A DNA stretch of 64,000 nucleotides from contig JAANOX010000096.1 of the NCBI GenBank assembly GCA_020184695.1, positions 62,001-126,000 of the forward strand, given 5' to 3'. This DNA comes from Histomonas meleagridis 2922-C6/04-290x. Taxonomy: Eukaryota; Protista; Parabasalia. The notes below the pieces were generated by a model. That model was not told the origin of the DNA and made no database searches. It saw only the letters and a program-made list of their open reading frames with translations. How positions within the stretch are numbered: position 1 is the first letter of the stretch; each line of letters starts with the position of its first letter. The position numbers and the translations under genes are program-made. Shown one piece after another: positions 10,898-21,563 of this stretch.

Positions 10898-12181
10898 TTA
10901 TTTCATGTATATTAAATGTCCGCATTCATTAAATATCGATGATTTGTACTTTTTGTTTTTCTTTATATGACAAGCAAAGTTAATCCAATTACCCAAAAAA
11001 GAACTCGGCTGTATGTCTACAAATCTCTGATGATTTTTATTAGTATAAATCACTTCAGAAAATCCATTTCCTTTATAAGTCAAATTTAGCGATTTCTCTA
11101 TTATTTCAACTGCTTCATTTTCTTTTCCGTTATATATAAATTGACGGAGTTTAGTCGCATCAAAAGAAACCGATTTTTCCAGTGAAAAAGTGGGATTTTC
11201 GTCGATTAGACAAGAAAATTTAGAAGAGTTATAGCACAATAAGGAATCAACTGATGCCATCAAACGTATGTTTTTGATACAGTACTTGCTTTCAATAATA
11301 TTAGAAATTCTATCGTAAATCAATTTCTCAGGAAATATAGAATATGCACGAATAAATAGGGTATTAATATCAGATTGTTCATCACGACTCCTTTTAAGTG
11401 ATGTTGAGTTGGTTCCATTTGTTGAAAAATAAAACATGAAATCATTATTTGGGAGTTTTGCCATAAGGTTTTGAATATATTTAATGTATTTATTATTGTT
11501 TGTTAGCTTGTAGAGAGAAATCAGTTCTGGGATTCCTGAAACCATATCTAATAGCGAGGTACCACCTTCCCAATCTCTTCCAAAACCTTTTCGACCTGTA
11601 AAGGATAAAATTGGTTTTGGAAGATAAGAAGATGTATCTAATTCAATAATAGAATTTACACATTTTTCAGCAATTTTGATAAAATCAACATCTCCTGAAA
11701 GTTGATAAATTGCAAGTAAGGCTGCAATACCTCTCTCAAATAGGTCTTTTCGGTTGATTGGATTTTTAAACGTTGAGCATTTAAAATTCTTTTTTAAAAA
11801 GTCTTTTGCAAATAAGTAATTATGTGATAAATTTAACATAAACATTGGTTCTAGAGATTCAACAATTGACAAGTGAAATCCATAGTTCCTTGAACAGCTA
11901 TTTGAAAGTGGACGAAATTCATCAAAATCTAAACATTCTGATACATAAGAATTAAACGCTACATTAGCTGCATTTTGAATTTTATCAGCATATGTTTCTT
12001 TGTTGACAAAAATTGTTTCTTTTTTTGATTTTTCAGAATCTGAAAAAGAATCCAATGGTAATGGATTTGGTAAGTGAGCAAGTAAAAAAAATTGTGTTAA
12101 TGTTAGAAAAAATAATATGGTAAATCCCAGTAAATATGATCCTGGTAAAACAAACCTTTGGACAGGGCTGTTTGTCTTCAT
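10898..12181 (-). CDS. Glycoside hydrolase family 47 (alpha-1,2-mannosidase)-like type II membrane protein, divergent
   Basis: N-terminal TM; AFNSYVSECLDFDEFRPLS, SIVESLEPMFML and LFERGIAALLAIYQLSGD resemble GH47 motifs (DEL.P.S, TLVDSLDTL, FE.TIR.LGGLLSAY.LSGD). Confidence 0.7.
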   Translation of the reverse strand: MKTNSPVQRFVLPGSYLLGFTILFFLTLTQFFLLAHLPNPLPLDSFSDSEKSKKETIFVNKETYADKIQNAANVAFNSYVSECLDFDEFRPLSNSCSRNYGFHLSIVESLEPMFMLNLSHNYLFAKDFLKKNFKCSTFKNPINRKDLFERGIAALLAIYQLSGDVDFIKIAEKCVNSIIELDTSSYLPKPILSFTGRKGFGRDWEGGTSLLDMVSGIPELISLYKLTNNNKYIKYIQNLMAKLPNNDFMFYFSTNGTNSTSLKRSRDEQSDINTLFIRAYSIFPEKLIYDRISNIIESKYCIKNIRLMASVDSLLCYNSSKFSCLIDENPTFSLEKSVSFDATKLRQFIYNGKENEAVEIIEKSLNLTYKGNGFSEVIYTNKNHQRFVDIQPSSFLGNWINFACHIKKNKKYKSSIFNECGHLIYMK

Positions 12182-12244
12182 TTAGCCCTTGACGATCGCT
12201 ATCGACTTTTTCATAAAAAAACGATATTATTTAATTCAATTTAC

Positions 12245-12856
12245 TCAACACGAACATTTTCTTTTTTTTTCTATATTTAAATTTAATTTAACTGGATCCT
12301 GGTTATTTTCACCTTTTTCATAATTCTGTCGGATTGCTTGAATGATATCTTTTGAAACTTCAACAAATAATTTTTCTACAGATTCAAATCGTGTTGCAGT
12401 AGTTGAGAAAAATCTAATTTTTTTGTCTTTCGCCCAAGATTCTGCATCATCAATTGAAACTTTAGCTTCCAAATCATTTTTATTTCCGACAAGATATATA
12501 AGACACCCTCCATTTATATTTTCGCGAAGGGAAGTATACCATTGATCTAATCCATTAAAACTTTCTGGTTCGTTAAAATCAAAAACAAGAACTGCAGCAG
12601 ATGCTCCTCTTGAATACATTGGAATTAAGCTTCTATATCTTTCTTGACCAGCTGTGTCCCACAAATGTAGACAAAGAACATATCCATCAATGTTTATGTC
12701 TTTTGTTGTATAATATGAACCAATTGTAGGTATGGAATCCTGACCAAAAACATGGCTTACGTATTGTGTGATAATACTTGTTTTGCCTACTTGAGAATCC
12801 CCAAGTAAAACAACTTTGGCTTCAGTGGGGATTCTACCAAGCGTGTTATTCGCCAT
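12245..12856 (-). CDS. Rab family small GTPase
   Basis: GDSQVGKTS, WDTAGQERYRS, NKND motifs; C-terminal CSC prenylation motif. Start at 12856 (MANNT) preferred; 12892 is possible. Confidence 0.95.
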   Translation of the reverse strand: MANNTLGRIPTEAKVVLLGDSQVGKTSIITQYVSHVFGQDSIPTIGSYYTTKDINIDGYVLCLHLWDTAGQERYRSLIPMYSRGASAAVLVFDFNEPESFNGLDQWYTSLRENINGGCLIYLVGNKNDLEAKVSIDDAESWAKDKKIRFFSTTATRFESVEKLFVEVSKDIIQAIRQNYEKGENNQDPVKLNLNIEKKRKCSC

Positions 12857-13254
12857 TGAAGCAATTTCCAATAACGGTTTTTTATAAACCATTGAAAAAA
12901 GAACTTTTTGTGTTAGAAAAATTTTTCAACGAGAAGCAAAATTAAAAACTTATTGGATTCTATCACAACAATATCTTTTATCAAATATACAACAAGCACG
13001 CCAATAACATTTCCCAAAACAATCATGTCTCCTCAAGATCATTATTTTCATAATGAACTTATTTCTTCTAAATTTCCCTAAAGTTATTTGCATTACCGAA
13101 AATGAACATATTCATAATGTTTTATCATTGTAAAAAAATAGTTGTGCTTTTAGCATTAAAAATATGTGCATTTTCAATGGTTTTCTCTGAGTTTTTTCTT
13201 TTTTTATATTGAGTTCAATCGAAAAACTTTAAATTTAAAACTTCTTCATTTTCA

Positions 13255-13545
13255 ATGTTAATCATCTTTATTTTTAGTCTCCTCCTACACAAAAGTCAAG
13301 CACCAAAGGTAGAGTTACTTGATAAAGAAGAAGTTATAGTTACAAATATCATTCCAGAAGGAATTAAGACGCCTGAAGGATTTGCACATGGATTTATTGG
13401 TGCTATTTGCATTAGTTCTATATTTGGAATTGTTGCACTGATAATAGGGCTGGTTTCCACATGTTTCTGTGTGAAACCTCTTGTGCTAACTCACAAGAGA
13501 ATTGAAGAATTTGATCAGGATGATTTTGATGAGATGTCTGAATAA
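13255..13545 (+). CDS. Small single-pass membrane protein with signal peptide
   Basis: Hydrophobic N-terminus, central TM (FIGAICISSIFGIVALIIGLVSTCFCV), acidic tail; TCATT Inr-like motif at 13246-13250. Confidence 0.7.
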   Translation: MLIIFIFSLLLHKSQAPKVELLDKEEVIVTNIIPEGIKTPEGFAHGFIGAICISSIFGIVALIIGLVSTCFCVKPLVLTHKRIEEFDQDDFDEMSE

Positions 13546-14102
13546 AATGCCATAATTAAAAATTTAAAATTGCTTCTTTTTAAAATGAACTAATTCTTGT
13601 GTACAAAATAAAAAGAATTTTTTTTTACATAAGAATTAAACAAATTATAATGTTTCTGCCCTAAGAAATTAAGTATTCTATTGATAAATTTAAATGGAAT
13701 ATTTTTTATAATGTTAATATGAAGCAGCTTTTAATTTCATATTGCTTAACAATAATTGGAATAAAAAATATCTATTATTGTTCAAACAATATCTTCACGT
13801 TCATGAAACTAATACCAACAATTTATATTATGAAAATTAATATTAATTAAAATCATATCAACACCTTCATACTAATTACTTTCAATATTTCACAAGTGGA
13901 AACACTTTATTTTACAAGATCTTTTCATGAATAAAAGTTCTACATTGCTGCTTGCTCAACAATTATCAACGCTTTGATTCATCAAACATTTTGTTTCCGT
14001 TTTCTACAATTTGTAACTATTTACAAAATACAAAAAAGTATAAATAATCCTTTAATAATTATTATCAAAGAGAAACAACAACAATAACAACACAATGCGC
14101 AT

Positions 14103-17100
14103 TTACACATTAGATTCGCTCTTTTCCGTAGTTTCTTCTTCTTCGCAACCTTTGACTGACAAATCATCGCCATCTTCGACATTAACATTTTCAAAATCAT
14201 TCAACACAAATGATTTCGATGTTAATTTCCCACTGTCAGAAATTATGAACAAAGAATTTAATTTCTTTATGTAACTTATCGAAATTGGCTTATGCCGAGA
14301 AATTGATCCCAAATTCTTTAAGTTCAAGTAAAAAACTTCGCACCAAAAAGTAAACCCCTTTGCATCAATAAAGGCCATGTAATCGAATCCTTTCGTTGAT
14401 GACCAACACGTCCAAATAATAATTTTATCTTTTATTTTACATCTTCGTATTAAGATTCCGTTGATAGTATAAACACTTATATGGTAATTTGATAAGTTAT
14501 TTATGGTCAAACATACGATGAAACCCCAAGAAGGAGTAATGATAACTTTAAGTGGCTTCATTTCATTTAGACTTATAACTCGAATTGTTTTACCATTTGC
14601 TAATGATGTTAATACTAGAGAAGAATCATTTGTACAACAAATATGAATTTTAAATTTTTCAGAAATATAACTATCGATAATTTCTGTTAATGTTTTAAAT
14701 TTCAACATAGGTTCCATTGTTATAGGTGATATTATATACGTATTAAAATCTTTACATGAATAAGAATACCAATGTTTCGAAACCGAAGTCGATAGGATTA
14801 TTTGGTCGGCGGCTACCACTTTTTGTATGGAAAGCGTTGGAATATTCAAAATGAATATACTTTTTGAATTGCAAATAACGATTTTATTTTTTGTAAACGA
14901 CTGAATCATAACGTTCTCCTCCTGTAATATTTCGTTATTTAAAAGTTGATTTTTTGTGATTGTATGAGAGAAATCGGACAAATTTATCATTACTATATTA
15001 AACACTCCATTTTTTTCTATTATATAAATTCTAATTTTATTTTTAATGAAATCTATTCTTGAGAAAACTATTGAGAAAATGTTCTCTAACATGATTTGAG
15101 GCATTTGGAATAAATTTTCATTATTTTTAGTGAACAAATTCTTTTGCGGATGTTTCACAGTGAAAATCTTTGAGGGAACTTCACCGAACGTATCCAAATA
15201 ATATGACACTTCAAGGAAATTTGAGTTTGAGAAATTATTTTCCCAAATGTTCTCATATAACATATAAAAATAGACATTTAACGCTTCGATATTATTTTGG
15301 TTTATACCCCAAATCAAATCTATCCATTCATTTAAATGATTTGAAACGTAATCACATTCCAAAGCCTTTCTATTTAAGTAAATGAATTCTATTGGTGAAT
15401 TATGACACCAATTTGGTAATTTTATATTGAATTTCGGGTTTATAAATATTTCCGGCATATAAAAAAACTCGGGAATTAATTCACTATTTTCATTTAATGC
15501 TAATTCCCAAGCGTTTTCTAATGAGTTAAAATGTTTATTATTTTCTTCTTTTAAATCTAAGTTATACTCGTAATGTAAAGTAGTGAATGGCTCGAATCTA
15601 AATAAATAATTTAATACCATTGAAGGTGATATAGGTCCTGAAGAATATAAATAAAAGTCTTTATCATGAGATTTTTGTTGTAATAATTCGATGATTTGTT
15701 CATTTAATGAACCAATTGGAATACTTAATGATCGGAAGATACTTATATTGTTTAAATCTAATTTATCACTTTGATAATCTTGTAATATCCATGGGAATAT
15801 TGGATATTTATGAATGTCATTAAATGTACGTCCACTAAATAAATTTAATTGCATTAAATATTTGAAATTCGAAATTTTTTGGTTACGCCATTTATCAACT
15901 AATGATAATTCTTTAATGTTTTGTGAATATGATAAATATAATTTAATGTTTGGCATTAAGTTATAAATGTTTTGTGCAATAATTTTAGGATCAATTTGTA
16001 AGAAATTAATGAAATATGTTTTTCCATTATATGTAAAGATTTCTATTGCTGTATACATGTGTGTACTTGAACGAATAAATATTTTTGTGATTTGTTGAAT
16101 TGGAATTATTTTCGTTTTCGAATTTTTAGATGTTAATTCAATGAATTTCTTATGTAATACAAATTCATATTTAATACGTTTCGTTACTGTTATTAATTCG
16201 ATTTCGAAAACATTATTTAAATATTCTTCATTATTACTTGTATTAGAGAATCTACGTAATAATAAATGTGTTTTATTATTAATATTTATTTTAGACTTAA
16301 AGTTTCGTTTCATTATATATGGACAATAATTAGAACAATATGTTATATCTCTTTGATATTTGTTATTATTATTGTTTAATGATAATGAATATGATAATTG
16401 TTCCCAATTCGATTGATATTTAATGTTTTTGGTATAAATTTCATTGATAATTTTCGTTTTGATTTCTTCAGTATTAATTTCATTGTCTTGTTTACTATTA
16501 GTAAACTTCGGCATAATTTCATTTAATAATAAATTCATATAAACACAAATATCATTTTTAATTGTATTTGGAATATCTTTCTTTATTAATAAAATACAAT
16601 CATTAATACAATTCAAGTCATTAATAGTAAATATATTTATATCTCTTGTTCGTTTATATATTATATGTTCAATTGTAATTAAATAATTTTGTGTAAATTT
16701 GAAATTTCCTAAAATCGAATATACTGAAGAAGGATCAAATATCGCAAAATAATATAAATATATAAATGAAAACTTTTTAGGTATACAATCAGGATTTTCT
16801 TGTAATAATGTTATACAAAAACTTACAATCGAATAATCTTTCCATTGTAACTTTTTAGATAATTTTATTCCGAATTTTAATTCTTTTGGTTGATAAATGT
16901 TCGGATCTTTTAATGTTGTATATAAACGAATTGGTTCAAAACTATTTATATGTTTTTCATTTTTATTTTTATTATTATCGAATAATTTATTCTTTTCCGT
17001 TATCGGTCTAAAGAAGATGAAATAAAACGCATGAATTAAATAAATCGAAATTTTTTCTTTATTTAAATCATCCGAATTCTTTAAACTTATAAAAACTTGT

Positions 17101-20100
17101 AATAAAAAAGAAGCCTTTAATTTATATGATTTAACATTTGCACCATTTTCATTTAATGCATTACATATTATATCAATTATATCGAATATTTCATACCATT
17201 TATCACCTGATTGTTTTATAATGAATTTAATCATTTTCGAACTTGCATTAATATTTGCATAAAAACAAAATATTAATGGCCATAAATACCATAACTTAAT
17301 ATTATTAAATGAATGATTTGAGTTTAATAAGAAATTAACAAAATAATTTTGAATTTCAACATTTTTCTTATTCATTACATACCAACATGAAATAGATATT
17401 AATATAGGCATATCTGGTAATAGAACAGTAATAATATGTTTAAAGTTTTTCGTTTTTATTATCATTGATGATAATGATAATAATATTATATCAACATGAG
17501 TAGAGATTAAATCGGATGAAAATATTCCATGTTTACTATAATTAAAGATGATTTCGATTACATAATGTACAAAGTTTTTCGATGTACTTGTCGAAAAGAT
17601 TACATGTAAAAATGAAACATCATTTAATGACTTTAATACATCTGGAATTTCACATATAATTGATTTCATGATAATTGATAAATTATTTTTTAATTCTTTA
17701 TCATGTGATTCAAAAATAGTTGTAAATAATAAATTATAATCATTAATCGAAAAACTTATTTTTGCAATTTTGATCATTATATCATTTAAATAACTTAAAC
17801 ATTCTTCTAAATTTAAATCATTCACTTTCTTACGTACAAAATTATTATCATTTTCATTATTTAAATAATATATTTCAATATAATTTAAAAATTGTTCAAA
17901 GTTTCGAACTTGAATAAAATCAGGTGAAAAAGAAGGAAACAAAATTAAGTTCCAATGTTTTAATATATTTAAATGATCTTCTTTCTTACATATTATCCAT
18001 AAATCTAAATTAGCTAAAATCACATCAAACATTTGAAGTTTTAAATCAATGTTTGTTAATACTTTAAATAATGAATAAAATTGTAAATATAAATCATAAG
18101 TTATAAATTCATTTGAATATTTATATAAAATTCCAACAATTGAATAAAAATGTTTTGATGAATAAAAATTCTTTTGAATTTCATCCGAATAAATTAATGT
18201 TTTTAATAAAATAGATAATGAAAATGTTATTGAATTCTTCCAACATTTATTATCCTCAAATTTAATCTCATTCATATTAAACAAAGGAATTATTAAATCT
18301 AAATTCCATAAATAGTTTAAACAATATGAAAATGATTTATGTGATAAATACGTTTTCAATTTTGTAGAATTTAAAAAAAATAAATAATCATTTCGTGTTT
18401 CATTATCTAAAAATAATGGGTTCTTAAACATAATTTCTTGATCTGTAATAATATTATTTTCATCATATGAAAATATTTTACCGAATTCTGCATATGAATT
18501 TTTATTAATATTTTGCATCTTAAATTCGATATAAAGATTTTGGATATTATTAAATTGTGTTATATGATTTAATGAACATTGAATTAAATCTTTTTTCGAT
18601 ATAATAAAATCATTATGAAAGATAAATGTTAATAAATACCATCTTTCATTTATTAAATTAATTTTAGTATCATAAAGTTTATCATTAGTTTTTATATAAA
18701 TCGTTTTATCTTGATTAATAATGAAATCAATTAATACTTTGTTATTATTAATATTTAAGTTAAATAATTGTAAATTATCATTAAATGAATGTAATATCAT
18801 CCAAAATGAAATAGTTAAATTATGAATCTCATTTTCGATTTTATTCTTTGGCTCTAAAAGATAATTAAAACTACCAACTCGTAAACTTAATGTTCTTATA
18901 GCATATTCTTCATATATAATATTATATAAAGTCTCAGAAAAAAGTTCTTCGAATTTACAAAAATATTTTTTATTATTATTTTCAATTGGTAATAACAAAG
19001 AAATGAAATTTTTTACTACTATAGGAGATGATATAAAATAAGAAATTTGTTGAATAAATTCTAAAATTGTTTTTATTGTTAATATATTTATGTCATCGTT
19101 TAGTTTAAATTCTTGTAATAATTTTATTAAATATAAATCAAAATCTAAATTATGACAAATCATAAAATTATTTTCATTTTTCTCACAAATATTTTTTAAA
19201 ATATCGAAAAATGTTATGAAATAATTCGTATTAATAAATAACTCAACTAAAATATTTAATAATTTCGGATGTATAATTTGATCATTTGAAAATGTTAATG
19301 ATATTAATTCATCAAATAAAATTTGTGGATAATTTTTATTGGGAAATATTTTATTTATAATTTTTGTGAAGTTTTTCATTTCATCAGTATTAAACTTAAT
19401 AATCATTGAAGTAACTTTTAAACATTGTATCCATTCGATTAATAAATTTTGTAATGATTTCGTTAATTGTATTATTTCAGTATTTAATATTGATATAAAT
19501 AAAATATGAAATTCTTTAATTAATTCATCAGATGAAATAGTTTTCGGATAAATTTCAATAATTAAACTCAAGATTTTAGTACATAAATCATAATAAAAGT
19601 CATTAAAATTAGTTTTAATTCGTCTTTGAATTGACATTAATAAGTTTAATAATGACAACAAAATATTATCAATTGATTTCTCATTATTTTCTTTAAAATA
19701 ATTTATAATATGTTGAAAAATAAACGACTGAACATTTTTCTCAAAGATATATGAAAAAAACAAATGTAAAAATGTTAAATTATTATATAAACTTGAATTA
19801 AACTTTGGATTTAATAAAAGTGTATCGATAAATGATAATTGTGCAATTCGAACTATTTCGATTTCTTTTTTATATAGTTCACCATCTTTCGAATGATGAA
19901 CTATAGTATAGTAAAAAAAATGTCCCGAATTTGTGCAATTAAATTAGTGTTAACAAAGAATAATGCTGGAACCAAATTAATCGAATTAATTAATCGATAT
20001 AATGTCTCAGCAAATAATAATGGCGTTAAATATATCGATTGAATGATTTTCGTTAATGAATTTTCATCATTAAACGTCGAAAGTATTACAATTTCTCGTA

Positions 20101-21355
20101 ATGAATTCATTGTATCGAAGTTATGTAAATTCTCCATGAATATGGTGATCTTTGGATTAAAGATCCTTGATCTAGTTAATAACATGATTGTATTAGGAAC
20201 AATTGACTTAAATTTTAAACAAAATGTGACAAAGACTGTATAATATATTGGAAATTTTCGTGGATCATCACAATGTTCTAAATTTATAAACATCTCATTA
20301 AGAAAAATCGATGCAAAATATTCATGAGTTTCTAATATTTTCGCTAATAAAGAAATTGTGGTTTCAATCGAAATTTGTGGTTTTGTCACTTTTGCCGATA
20401 TGTCCGGGAACCGTTTAGGTGTAAAGTTGTCATTAAACGAGTCATAAAATTGATGTATGTCAGACATGTCAAAATTAGTTTGAGTCAATTTAACGGCTTC
20501 AATATCAGGAATATCAGGCCATGTATATGATTCATCGAGTTTTTGTTGGCCTGTTAAATCTATTACACCTTTAGCAAGTTGAGATAATAATGAAATAAAT
20601 GGTTGACATTCAGGTGTAACAAATTTTATGATTTTAAAAAGACACATTAATGAATCTTTATTAAAACTAAGGATAAATGGCTTAAGAATAGTAATGAATT
20701 CACTCGAAATAGAGTTAGAAAATAAATCTGGAAAACATTGTGCAAGTTCAATTATGAAATGTAAAATAGTGTCAAATACAGGTGATTTTGAGTTACAATC
20801 TTTTGGAGTTACTCGCTTAAATATGGGTATGATTAAATCAAAACAATTTTCTTTTCGAACATCTCTGATGAAATTAATTAAAATTTCTATAAATTCTGTT
20901 GTAATAGGGAAGTCTTCATCGTCACGAAAAAGATCTAACATAATTAAAAAAGCATTTGTAGCTTGAGATTTTGGAAATTTAACTGAGACTTGATATAATA
21001 TATTGAAAATTTTGAGTGAATGTCCAAGGTTCTTCATGTTTTCATTGATACAAATCCATGAAAGAAATGAAAATAAAGCAAAATATTGTGAAATAATATC
21101 ATCAAATTGAATTTCATCAAGAAGCTTTGGGAAAAATGGAAAATTATAAGAAGACAAATAAAGTATATTCCCAATAGATCTCGTTTCATTAGCTGTATTA
21201 AAACTTTTGAATTTTTGAAAATTAAATTTACAATATTGTTCAGTTAGAATTTCATAGATTTCTTTATTTGTGTCTGAAACAAAATCTTGAAGCGCAGTTA
21301 AATCAATGTTATTGAGTTCTTGAAGTATGGCTTCAATAGAAGAAAAAATTTTCAT
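14103..21355 (-). CDS. Second Beige/BEACH-domain protein, split into two ORFs by a 1-nt frameshift near the A8 run at 19913-19920
   Basis: The frame of ORF 14103..19763 stays open upstream past 19920 and overlaps the end of ORF 19901..21355. BEACH motifs WRNQKISNFKYLMQLNLFSGRTFNDIHKYPIFPW, ELIPEFFYMPE and NEWIDLIWG; WD40-like C-terminus. Confidence 0.8.
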
Positions 21356-21563
21356 TTTGTTTGATCTATATGCGGTTATTTGACACTTTTACTATCAAAA
21401 TCAATCTTGAATCACTTTGATTTGTCCAAAATGTTAAAATTTTAACATTAAAAGAATTAGAACCTAAGTAATTTTCTTGTAAAAGAAAAAATCAAATAAT
21501 AATCAGTTGTATGTTTATTCTGATATTATTTAATATGTCATTTAGATCATCTTTAAATTGTTA

